Assembly: GCA_964187785.1 (NCBI GenBank)
Contig: OZ076409.1
Coordinates: forward strand, 73,100,001 to 73,164,000
Reading direction: 5' to 3'
DNA from: Amphiscolops sp. MND2022
Taxonomy: Eukaryota
DNA length: 64,000 nt
Below, in pieces: positions 10,401 through 23,200 of this stretch. The notes beneath the pieces are model-generated. The model was not told the origin of the DNA, made no database searches, and worked only from the letters and a program-made list of their open reading frames with translations. Each line of letters starts with the position of its first letter. Position 1 is the stretch's first letter. A program made the position numbers and the translations under genes.

Positions 10401-13400
10401 GAATCCGATTTTAACTCTAATAGCTATCGATAGGAAATCTTGCAAAAATTTCGGGATCTCGTGATCTAACCATAGGATTTTAAAGTTGGAGCGGCCCCCA
10501 CCAGATTTTCCGAAAATTAGCGCCCCCCACCGGGTTCCAGCGTGATTGAAATATTTTGACGGGGTACACGGGCGACCGTTAGGGGTCATTTTGGGGGTAA
10601 AATTTATATCCGGTCGCATAACTTTTTTTCTGTTGATTTAAAACTTTGGAACCCTGCTAAAAGTTTCTTGACCGTGTTGCAGGGGCCCCGAAGGTCCAAA
10701 CCAAATTTTTCTATCTTGAAGCTATCTCCAAGTACCCCCCCGCTCAAACCGTTATTTTTCCGGAAACGCAGGTTTTTGACCCGGAAGGAGTCGTCTGAGC
10801 GCGGGGTCGTTAGGTGATGTATTGGGGACGGCCTTGAGACGAAGTGGGGGACAAGTAGTTTGCCAACCTCAATTTACCCCCCGGACGGGAAATGACCGTT
10901 ATATGAGCGTGAAAAATGCCCCCCTCCACGTTTTACCGCTATTTCCGGTGTGAAGGAGTGGGAGTAGCGCGTCGGGTGTTATATAACAAAAGTAGGTTTA
11001 GACAAGGACCTATCGGAAACATGTAGTTTGGGACCCCCTGGACCAACCCGTTAGCGGGAAATGGGGCTTCCGCCTCCTTTTTTTAGTGCTAAAACCGTAA
11101 AATGGGCATTGAGGGGTAAATATCTCGTGAACGCGTGGAGCAATCGTGTCCATCACTACTACAAGGTTTCATACCCATGATATGGTGCCTTCAGGGGGGC
11201 AAACAGATTTCCGCTATCTATCACCGTTACCGACTTGGCCCCCCAGCCTAACCGCTATGTGACCGGAAATGTCACTTTTTGAGCCCAAAGGGTCGGTCCT
11301 AGCCGGGGAACGTTAGGTAACTTATTGTAGTACTCAATGAGACGAGTTGGGGGATATAGTTTCAGTCACCCCCCGTTACCCCTTGGGACCGGAAATGACC
11401 GTTATGTGGGTAAAATTGCAATTTTTATACTTTTTCAAGTGTATTTAGGTGCGGAAGGAGTGGTAATAGGTGCTTGGACACTATATGAGGTAAGGGAGGA
11501 CGTGAGGCGAGCATTCGGAAATAACCGTTATGTTGACCCTAAAGTCCCCCTGGTACCGTAAACGACCGGAAATGGTCAAATTTTGTGTCTATTGGGTACA
11601 AATGTTTTGTATTTTGTAGATAAAAGTATCTATTAGGTGTTTCGACGGTCTACAGTAGTGAACATAGTCATGAAACCTTGTGGGGGGTAACGGTATATAG
11701 CACCGGAAGTCAAACCGTTGGAGACAGGATAGGTTGTTTGGTTTTAAAATGTCTTTCGGCGTACTTTTTTCGACTCTTGTGGACTATTTTTAAAAATTAA
11801 AGTTTTTCCATATAGTTTCAGAGACTCCGAAACCTCAACCAACATAACCGTTACCTTATGATAGCCTTTCAAGTTGGCCTGGTGTCAACTTGGAAGCGCT
11901 ATCCTTCTGAAATCGTTAATCAAGAGTGTTTTTGGGTAGGTTTATATTGCATTAGTACCAATTAGAGCTTCATCAACAGTGTATCAACGACAAAAACTAT
12001 GCCGTCATGATTCCGTTATTAGAATCATAGTGAGCAAATTGTTGAAAAAAATGGTTTTTTCCATACAAAATGTGTCCCAAATGCCAGGAAACCTATTTAC
12101 CTAACAAATGGTATTAATTGGAATGTTTGTAACAGATTTATAAAAGTTCAAATTGAATATTACATTTCATTATGGAAGCTGAAACGTCATATTTTAGTTT
12201 AATTAACGTCAACGCCACACACTTTACATCAACGCACACCGTCTGTGGGCATGCCGAGGCATGCCCTTCGACGACGTATGACAAATCCTTATCAAACGAC
12301 GCCCGTACATCCCGGGCTAGGTGCGGGGGGGAAACCCCATCCCTTATCTTGGAGGATTCGGGTAGGGTCCTGAATCCGAGTTCAGTGCCGCCAGCTCTCA
12401 GTAGAAATCTGGGAAATTTTTTGCGATCTCGTGATCTAACCATAGGATTTTAAAGTTGGAGCGGCCCCCACCAGATTTTCCAAAGTTATTCGCCCCCCAC
12501 CGGGTTCCAGCGTGATTGAAATATTTTGTCGGGGTACACGGGCGACCGTTAGGGGTCATTTTGGGGGTAAAATTTATATCCGGTCGCATAACTTTTTTCC
12601 TGTTGGTTTAAAACTTTGGGACCCTGCTAAAAGTTTCTTGACCTTGTTGCAGTGGCTCCGGAGGTCCAAACCAAATTTTTCTATCTTGAAGCTATCTCCA
12701 AGTACCCCCCCGCCCAAACCGTTATTTTTCCGGAAACGCAGGTTTTTGACCCGGAAGGAGTCGTCTGAGCGCGGGGTCGTTAGGTGATGTATTGGGGACG
12801 GCCTTGAGACGAAGCGGGGGACATGTAGTTTGCCGACCCCAGTTTACCCCCCGGACGGGAAATGACCGTTATATGAGCGGGAAAAATGCCCCCTCCACGT
12901 TTTACCGCTATTTCCGGTGTGAAGGAGTGGGAGTAGCGCGTCGAGTGTTATATAACAAAAGTAGGTTTAGACAAGGACCTATCGGAAACATGTAGTTTGG
13001 GACCCCCTGGACCAACCCGTTAGCGGGAAATGGGGCTTCCGCCTCCTTTTTTTACTGCTAAAACCGTAAAATGGGCATTGAGGGGTAAATATCTCGTGAA
13101 CGCGTGGAGCTACGGTGTCCATCACTACTACAAGGTTTCATACCCATGATATGGTGCCTTCAGGGGGGCAAACAGATTTCCGCTATCTATCACCGTTACC
13201 GACTTGGCCCCCCAGCCTAACCGCTATGTGACCGGAAATGTCACTTTTTGAGCCCAAAGGGTCGGTCCCAGCCGGGGAACGTTAGGTAACTTATTGTAGT
13301 ACTCAAGGAGACGAGTTGGGGGATATAGTTTCAGTCAACCCCCGTTACCCCTTGGGACCGGAAATGACCGTTATGTGGGTAAATTTGCATTTTTTATACT

Positions 13401-16400
13401 TTTTCAAGTGCATTTATGTGCGGAAGGAGTGATAATAGGTGCTTGGACACTCTATGATGTAATGGAGGTCGTAAGGAGAGCATTCGGGAATAACCGTTAT
13501 GTTGACCCCAAAGTCCCCCTGGTACCGTTAACGACCGGAAATGGCCAAATTTTGTGTCTATTGGGTACAAATGTTTAGTATTTTATGGATAAAAGTACCT
13601 GGAAGGTGTTTTAAAGGCCTCCAGAAGTGAACATAGTCATGAAACCTTGTGGGGGGTAACGGTATATAGCACCGGAAGTCCAAACCGTTGGTCACAGAAT
13701 AGGTTTTTTGGTTTCAAAATGTCTTTAGGCATATTTTTGTGGGTTGAATCGTCATAATATCAACTAATACGGACTTTTTTTCGGAAATAAAATTTTTTCA
13801 CATTAGTTTCAGGGACCTCCAATGCTTCAGTCAACATAACCGTTACATTTTGATAGCCTTTCAAGTTGACCTGGTGTCAACTTGGAAGGGCTATCCTTCT
13901 AAAATCGTTAATCAAGAGTGTTTTTGGGTAGGTATATGTTGCATTAGTACCAATTAGAGCTTCATCAACAGTTTGCCAACGGCAAAAACGATGTCGTGAT
14001 AATTCCGTTATAAAAATATTAGTTAACAAATTGTTTTCAAAGTTGATTTTTTCCATTAAAAATGTGTCCTAATGCCACCAAATTGAATAAAATGGTATTG
14101 ACTAAAACTAAATAACAATGAAAAAGAAGATCAACATTTTTATTAGTTCTCATTATGGAAGCAGAAACCTCACGTTTTAGTTTAATTAACGTCAACGCCA
14201 CATACTTTACATCAACGCCCACCGTCTGTGGGCATGCCGAGGCATGCCCTTCGACGACGTATACCAAACACCCTCCATATCTACACCCACCCGCGGTAGC
14301 CGCTAGGTGCGGGGGGGAAACCCCATCCCTTATCTTGGAGGATTCGGGTAGGGTCCTGAATCCGAGTTCAGTGCCGCCAGCTCTCAGTAGAAATCTGGGC
14401 ATTTTTTTGCGATCTCGTGATCTAACCATAGGATTTTAAAGTTGGAGCGGCCCCCACCAGATTTTCCAAAGTTATTCGCCCCCCACCGGGTTCCAGCGTG
14501 ATTGAAATATTTTGACGGGGTACACGGGCGACCGTTAGGGGTCATTTTAGGGGTAAAATTTATAAAAGTTCGCATAACTTTTTTCCTGTTGGTTTAAAAC
14601 TTTAGGACCCTGCTAAAAGTTTCTTGACCATGTTGCAGGGGCCCCGGAGGTCCAAACCAAATTTTTCTATCTTGAAGCTATCTCCAAGTACCCCCCCGCC
14701 CAAACCGTTATTTTTCCGGAAACGCCGGTTTTTGACCCGGAAGGAGTCGTCTGAGCGCGGGATCGTTAGGTGATGTTTTGGGGACGGCCTCGAGACGAAG
14801 CGGGGGATATATAGTTTGCCGACCCCAGTTTACCCCCCGCACGGGAAATGACCGTTATATGAGCGGGAAAAATGCCCCCCTCCACGTTTTACCGCTATTT
14901 CCGGTGTGAAGGAGTGGGAGTAGCGCGTCGGGTGTTATATATCAAAAGTAGGTTTAGACAAGGACCTATCGGAAACATGTAGTTTGGGACCCCCTGGTCC
15001 AACCCGTTAGCGGGAAATGGCGTTTCCGCGTCCTTTTTTTACTGCTAAAACGGTAAAATGGGCATTGAGGGGTAAATATCTCGTGAACGCGTGGAGCAAT
15101 CGTGTCCATCACTACTACAAGGTTTCATACCCATGATATGGTGCCTTCAGGGGGGCAAACAGATTTCCGTTATCTATCACCGTTACGGACTTGGCCCCCC
15201 AGCCTAACCGCTATGTGACCGGAAATGTCACTTTTTGAGCCCAAAGGGTCGGTCTCAGCCAGGGAACGTTAGGTAACTTATTGTAGTACTCATTGAGACG
15301 AGTTGGGGGATATAGTTTCAGTCACCCCCCGTTACCCCTTGTGACCGGAAATGACCGTTATGTGGGTAAAATTACGATTTTTGTACTTTTTGAAGGGCAA
15401 TTAGGTGCGGAAGGAGTGGTAATAGGTGCTTGGACACTATATGAGGTAAGGGAGGACGTGAGGCGAGCATTCGGAAATAACCGTTATGTTGACCCTAAAG
15501 TCCCCCTGGTACCGTAAACGACCGGAAATGGTCAAATTTTGTGTCTATTGGGTACAAATGTTGGGTATTTTGTAGATAAAAGTATCTATTAGGTGTTTCG
15601 ACGGTCTGCAGTAGTGAACATAGTCATGAAACCTTGTGGGGGGTAACGGTATATAGCACCGGAAGTCCAAACCGTTGGTGACAGGATAGGTTTTTTGGTT
15701 TTAAAATGTCTTTCGGCGTACTTTTGTTGACTATTATGGACTATTTTTAAAAATTAAAGTTTTTCCATATAGTTTCAGAGACTCCGAAACCTCAACCAAC
15801 ATAACCGTTACCTTATGATAGCCTTTCAAGTTGGCCTGGTGTCAACTTGGAAGGGCTATCCTTCAAAAATCGTCAATCAAGTGTGTTTTTGGGTATGTTT
15901 GTATCATTTTAGAATCAATTAGAGCTTCAAGAAAAGTTTCCCAACGACAAAAACTATGTCGTGAAGATTCCGTTACTAGAATTATAGTTAGCAAATTGTT
16001 GAGAAAAATGTTTTTTTTTCCAAATTAAATGTGTCCTAAATGCCAGGAAACCTATTTAACTAACAAATGGTATTGATTGGAATGTATGTAACAGATTTAT
16101 AAAAGTTCAAATTGAATATTACCTTTCAATATGGAAGCTGAAACGTAATATTTTAGTTTAATTAACGTCAACGCCACACACTTTACATCAACGCCCACCG
16201 TCTGTGGGCATGCCGAGGCATGCCCTTCGACGACGTATACCAAATACATACCTAACGACGCCCGTACATCCCGGGCTAGGTGCGGGGGGAAACCCCATCC
16301 CTTATCTTGGAGGATTCGGGTAGGGTCCTGAATCCGAGTTCAGTGCCGCCAGCTCTCAGTAGAAATCTGGGAAATTTTTTGCGATCTCGTGATCTAACCA

Positions 16401-19400
16401 TAGGATTTTAAAGTTGGAGCGGCCCCCACCAGATTTTCCAAAGTTATTCGCCCCCCACCGGGTTCCAGCGTGATTGAAATATTCTGACGGGGTACACGGG
16501 CGACCGTTAGGGGTCATTTTAGGGGTAAAATTTATATAATGTCGCATAACTTTTTTCCTGTTGGATTAAAACTTTGGGACCCTGCTAAAAGTTTCTTGAC
16601 CGTGTTGCGGGGGCTCCGGAGGTCCAAACCAAATTTTTCTATCTTGAAGCTATCTCCAAGTACCCCCCCGCCCAAACCGTTATTTTTCCGGAAACGCAGG
16701 TTTTTGACCCGGAAGGAGTCGTCTGAGCGCGGGGTCGTTAGGTGATGTATTGGGGACGGCCTCGAGACGAAGCGGGGGATATATAGTTTGCCGACCCCAG
16801 TTTACCCCCCGCACGGGAAATGACCGTTATTTGAGCGGGAAAAATGCCCCCTCCACTTTTTACCGCTATTTCCGGTGTGAAGGAGTGGGAGTAGCGCGTC
16901 GGGTGTTATATATCAAAAGTAGGTTTAGACAAGGACCTATCAGGAACATGTGGTTTGGGACCCCCTGGTCCAACCCGTTAGCGAGAAATGGGGCTTCCGC
17001 CTCCTTTTTTTACTGCTAAAACCGTAAAATGGGCATTGAGGGGTAAATATCTCGTGAACGCGTGGAGCTACGGTGTCCTTCACTACTACAAGGTTTCATA
17101 CCCATGATATGGTGCCTTCAGGGGGGCAAACAGATTTACGCTATCTATTACCGTTACGGACTTGGCCCCCCAGCCTAACCGCTATGTGACCGGAAATGTC
17201 ACTTTTTGGGCCCAAAGGGTCGATCCTAGCCGGGCAACGTTAGGTAACATATTGTAGTACTCATTGAGACGAGTTGGGGGATATAGTTTCAGTCACCCCC
17301 CGTTACCCCTTGAGACCGGAAATGACCGTTATGTGAGTAGAATTGCAATTTCTATACCTTTTGAAGGGCATTCAGATGCGGAAGGAGTGGTTATAGGTGC
17401 TTGGACAACATATGATGTAATGGAGGTCGTGAGGAGAGCATTCGGAAGTAACCGTTACGTTGACCCCAATGTCCTCTTGGTACCGTTAACGAACGGAAAT
17501 GGCCAAATTTTGTGTTTATAGGGTACAAATGTTTGGTATTTTATGGATAAAAGTACCTGGAAGGTGTTTTAAAGGCCTCCAGAAGTGAACATAGTCATGA
17601 AACCTTGTGGGGGGTAACGGTATATAGCACCGGAAGTCCAAACCGTTGGTTACAGAATAGGTTTTTTGGTTTCAAAATGTCTTTAGGCGTAGTTTTGTGG
17701 GTTGAATTGTCATAATATCAACTAATACGGACTTTTTTCGGAAATAAAATTTTTTCACATTAGTTTCAGGGACCTCCAATGCTTCAGTCAACATAACCGT
17801 TACATTTTGATAGCCTTTCAAGTTGGCCTGGTGTCAACTTGGAAGGGCTATCCTTCTAAAATCGTTAATCAAGAGTGTTTTCGGGTAGGTATATGTTGCA
17901 TTAGTACCAATTAGAGCTTCATCAAGAGTTTGCCAACGGCAAAAACGATGTCGTGATAATTCCGTTATAAGAATATTAGTTAACAAATTGTTTACTAAGT
18001 TGATTTTTTCAATGTAAAATGTGTCCTGATGCCACCAAATTGAATAAAATAATGAATGGTATTGACTAAAACTAAATAACAATGAAAAAGAATATCAACA
18101 TTTTAATAGGTCTCGTTATGGAAGCTGAAACCTCACGTTTTAACATAATTAACGTCAACGCCACATACTTTACATCAACGCCCACCGTCTGTGGGCATGC
18201 CGAGGCATGCCCTTCGACGACGTATACCAAACAACCTCCATATCTACACCCGATTGCGGTAGCGGCTAGGTGCGGGGGGGTAACCCCAACAAAGATATTG
18301 GAGGATTCGGGTAGGGTCCTGAATCCGATTTTAACTCTAATAGCTATCGATAGGAAATCGTGCAAAAATTTCGGGATCTCGTGATCTAACCATAGGATTT
18401 TAAAGTTGGAGCGGCCCCCACCAGATTTTCCAAAGTTATTCGCCCCCCACCGGGTTCCAGCGTGATTGAAATATTTTGACGGGGTACACGGGCGACCGTT
18501 AGGGGTCATTTTGGGGGTAAAATTTATATCCGGTCGCATAACTTTTTTCCTGTTGGTTTAAAACTTTGGGACCCTGCTAAAAGTTTCTTGACCGTGTTGC
18601 AGTGGCTCCGGAGGTCCAAACCAAATTTTTCTATCTTGAAGCTATCTCCAAGTACCCCCCCGCTCAAACCGTTATTTTTCCGGAAACGCAGGTTTTTGAC
18701 CCGGAAGGAGTCGTCTGAGCGCGGGGTCGTTAGGTGATGTTTTGGGGACGGCCTTGAGACGAAGTGGGGGACATGTAGTTTGCCAACCTCAGTTTACCCC
18801 CCGGACGGGAAATGACCGTTATATGAGCGGGAAAATTGCCCCCCTCCACGTTTAACCGCTATTTCCGGTGTGAAGGAGTGGGAGTAGCGCGTCGGGTGTC
18901 ATATATCAAAAGTAGGTTTAGACAAGGACCTATCGGAAACATGTAGTTTGGGACCCCCTGGTCCAACCCGTTAGCGAGAAATGGCGCTTCCGCCTCCTTT
19001 GTTTACTGCTAAAACCGTAAAATGGGCATTGAGGGGTAAATATCTCGTGAACGCGTGGAGCAATCGTGTCCATCACTACTACAAGGTTTCATACCCATGA
19101 TATGGTGCCTTCAGGGGGGCAAACAGATTTCCGCTATCTATCACCGTTACCGACTTGGCCCCCCAGCCTAACCGCTATGTGACCAGAAATGTCACTTTTT
19201 GAGCCCAAAGGGTCGGTCCCAGCCGGGGAACGTTAGGAAACTTATTGTAGTACTCAATGAGACGAGTTGGGGGATATAGTTTCAGTCACCCCCCGTTACC
19301 CCTTGGGACCGGAAATGACCGTTATGTGGGTAAAATTGCAATTTTTATACTTTTTCAAGTGTATTTAGGTGCGGAAGGCGTGGTAATAGGTGCTTGGACA

Positions 19401-20243
19401 CTATATGAGGTAAGGGAGGACGTGAGGCGAGCATTCGGAAATAACCGTTATGTTGACCCTAAAGTCCCCCTGGTACCGTAAACGACCGGAAATGGTCAAA
19501 TTTTGTGTCTATTGGGTACAAATAATTATTATTTTGTAGATAAAAGTTTCTTTTAGGTGTTTCGACGGTCTGCAATAGTGAACATAGTCATGAAACCTTG
19601 TGGGGGGTAACGGGGTATATAGCACCGGAAGTCCAAACCGTTGGACACAGGATAGGTTTTTGGTTTGAAAATGTCTTTCGGCGTACTTTTGTCGACTATT
19701 ATGGACTATTATTAAAAATTAAAGATTTTCCATATAGTTTCAGAGACTCCGAAACCTCAACCAACATAACCGTTACATTTTGATAGCCTTTCAAGTTGGC
19801 CTGGTGTCAACTTGGAAGCGCTATCCTTCTGAAATCGTTAATCAAGAGTGTTTTTGGGTAGGTATATATTGCATTAGTACCAATTAGAGCTTCATCAACA
19901 GTGTATCAACGACAAAAACTATGCCGTCATGATTCCGTTATCAGAATCATAGTGAGCAAATTGTTGAAAAAAATGGTTTTTTCCATACAAAATGTGTCCT
20001 AAATGCCAGGAAACCTATTTACCTAACAAATGGTATTAATTGGAATGTATGTAACAGAGTTATAAAAGTTCAAATTGAATATTACATTTCATTATGGAAG
20101 CTGAAACGTCATATTTTAGTTTAATTAACGTCCACGCCACATACTTTACATCAACGCCCACCGTCTGTGGGCATGCCGAGGCATGCCCTTCGACGACGTA
20201 TACCAAATACATACCCAAACGACGCCCGTACATCCCGGGCTAG
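4431..20243. repeat. Eight tandem L-family units
   Basis: Units 4431-6402, 6403-8376, 8377-10349, 10350-12320, 12321-14306, 14307-16279, 16280-18269 and 18270-20243 (1971-1990 bp). The same short ORFs recur with ~1.97-kb period. Confidence 0.95.
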
Positions 20244-23200
20244 GTGCCGGTGTATTTTTACACAATGGGGGATGTTGCGCGTGTGGGGAGGGTCCCTGAC
20301 GCGCTTCCGTGGTTTCGGGTCTTCTAACCTATGATAGCGTGACACCTGACTTCGATCTCGTAAACTAGCCGTACGATTTGGCTGAAATTTGGCACTCGTA
20401 CCCCCCTCGGCACGGTGAAGATGATTTCCTACTGACGTTTTCCCCGCTAAACATTTTTTGTTGACCAAAATAACGGTTTTTGGGGTAAAATTTTCAACTT
20501 TTTTTAAATTTCATCTTATATCTCGCCACGGGTTAACGCTAGCGCTTCCAAACCTTGCTGACGAAACCTTGCAAACTGTCTCAGGAATGCTGTGTGAAAT
20601 TTTCAGCTCAATCGGACCTAAACTTGAGGAGATATAGCGTTTTTCCGGAGCGGGGGGGTTTCATTTTTCTAACGGTCCAGCTTATCTTTGCCATTTTTTC
20701 GAAAATGCACTCGCCTAAAGGCCTCCCCTGGCCGGTTTTATTCCCAACAAAACCATTTGGCCCTAAATACGGAGTTTCAGCGTTCCAGCATTCCCGGGCG
20801 AAAAGTTGTGGGAATTTTTTCCGTTATTTGGGCCCTCAAAGTGGGGGAAAAGACCCCCCAACCAGTAAAGCAAGTGAATGCTTGTGGAAAGCCCTTGTTT
20901 AGACGAGAAAAATGCCGTTTAGAACGTCTTTTTATCTTAACTTGACATTGACTTTTGTCGTTTTGAAGGTGACCGTTAGATACGGAAAATTGATGTTTTG
21001 AGTATTTATCCCATCTGAAAGCCATTGAGATACAACATGTTTTGCTCAAAACGTGTTTCATTGCAGTTTCGCTGTCCATTATCACCCTTTGGTGTCTTTT
21101 CACGTAATTTTCGTTTCTATAATAACAATTTTTTTGTGTATTTATTCATTTTTTTCTCATCAAATAACTTGAAACAGTTGAGTACATTCCATCTCCCTTC
21201 CCGGGGGAGATGAGAATGTACTCGCTAAAGGTCAGGAACTACGGTCTATATCTTCCACAACACAAAAAGGATTGCAAATGGTTTCAGTTTGTTGCAGAAA
21301 ACTTCGTTTTGCCCTCTGTGACTCGACAAAATGAACGTTTCTTACTTACTTTGAAACTCAGCATACCACAACTCATCTCTAACGTCAGCGCCCCCCTACT
21401 TGCATCAACGCCCACCGTCCGTGGGCATGCCGAGGCATGCCCTTCGACGACGTATACCAAGATATACCTGGAGCGCGGTAGCCGCTAGGTGGCCGGAAAT
21501 TTTTTTTTCATCAAAATCTTTGCCATTGGGGGAGGGGCCCCGGATGGCCAGTAGTACGGGATAGCTTCCTACCAAATCCAGATGGAAAAAACGTGATTTT
21601 GGAAACTAGCCGTCAGAATTTGCTCAAATTTTGCATACGGCTTCCTATAACAATCCTAAGAACTAATCCCTACTGGCATTTTGCCCAAAAAACGCAAAAA
21701 GTTGGTCAAAATCTTAGTTTTTTGGTCAAAAAATGGCAATTTTTCGAAAAAAATTTTTTTCAGAGACAATTACTCGTAACTGGTTCACCCAGCGCAAAAA
21801 CGCCTAGCTGATTTATTGTTGGGCACTTCATGAGGAGTGCGTATACAAATTTTCGTCCAGATCGGAAAAAAATTGACTAAGTATTAGCCGGAATTCGGAC
21901 GCATTTTTTCGCAAATTTTTGAAAACCTAGTCTATCTCTGCCGTTTTTTGCCCAGATTTTTTTCCAGGTCCTCTCCTAAAGGCCTCCCCTGGCCGGTTTA
22001 CTTCCCAGAAAAACCATTTGGCCCTAAATACGGAGTTTCAGCGTTCTAGCATTCCCGGGCGAAAAGATGTGGGACTTAGAAAAAATTCAAAATTTTTCAA
22101 AAATTTTTTTTTTCGTTTTCCGGCCCCCCAATGAAGGGGAACGACCCCCCAACGAGGACTTTTGGTGAATTCACGTGGAAAGGCCTTGTTTTGTGGAGAA
22201 AATTGCCGTTTAGAGCGACTTTTTATCTTAACTTGACGTTGACCTCTGTCGTTTTGAATTTGATATTAGTATGTTTTGAGCATGTGAAAAGTTGATGATT
22301 TCAGTTGTTCTCTCGTGTTCAAGCCATTGAGATACAAGCGGTAGTGATCAAAATGTGATTTATCGCAATTTGGTGGTGTTTTTGGTGTATTTTGATTCTT
22401 TTAAATAAAAAGTTGTTCTTTATATATTTGGTGTATTGATTCAAATGAACAAGAAACAGTTGAGTACATTTCATCTCCCCCCTTGTGGGGGAGATGAGGA
22501 TGTACCCGCTAAATGACACGCACAATGGCCCACTTTTACTTTTATGCGACGTTTTCTAGGCTTTTGCGCAAGCCCACTAATATTTAGACTGGTTTCCTTT
22601 TCTTTTACTCCAAAATTTTCCGTACTAACTACCTTACGCACCACCAGCTCAACGTAACATCTGTAACGTCAACGCCACACACTCTCACTAACGCCCACCG
22701 TCCGTGGGCATGCCGAGGCATGCCCTTCGACGACGTATGCCAAATAGCGCCACAGGGCGCAAACTTGTCCGCTAGGTGCCGGGATTTCCATTCGATAAGG
22801 AATTCTGCGCGTGTGGGTAGGGCCCCTGGCGCGCTCCTGTGTTTTCGGTTTTCCTACTCCTAAATAGACCCCCTGAATTCCGGGATCTCCTAAACTATCC
22901 ATACGATTTGGCTGAAATTTGGCACACGTACCCCCCTCGGCACGGTGAAGATGATTTCCTACTGACGTTTTTCCCGCTAAACATTTTTTGTTGACCAAAA
23001 TAACGGTTTTTGGGGTAAAATTTTGAACTTTTTTTAAATTTCATCTTATATCTCGCCACGGGTACACGCTAGCGCTTCCAAACCTTGCTGACGAAAGTTT
23101 GCAAACTGTCTCAGGAATGCTGTGTGAAATTTTCAGCTCAATCGGACTTAAACTCGAGGAGATATAGCGTTTTCCCGGAGCGGGGGGGTTTCAATTTTCT

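Noticed and set aside
1172..20243. rDNA, 5S, tRNA, snRNA, spliced-leader or histone tandem gene cluster
   Set aside because: I could not recognise any such conserved sequence on either strand. An Rfam/Infernal scan would be needed to exclude a divergent RNA gene.
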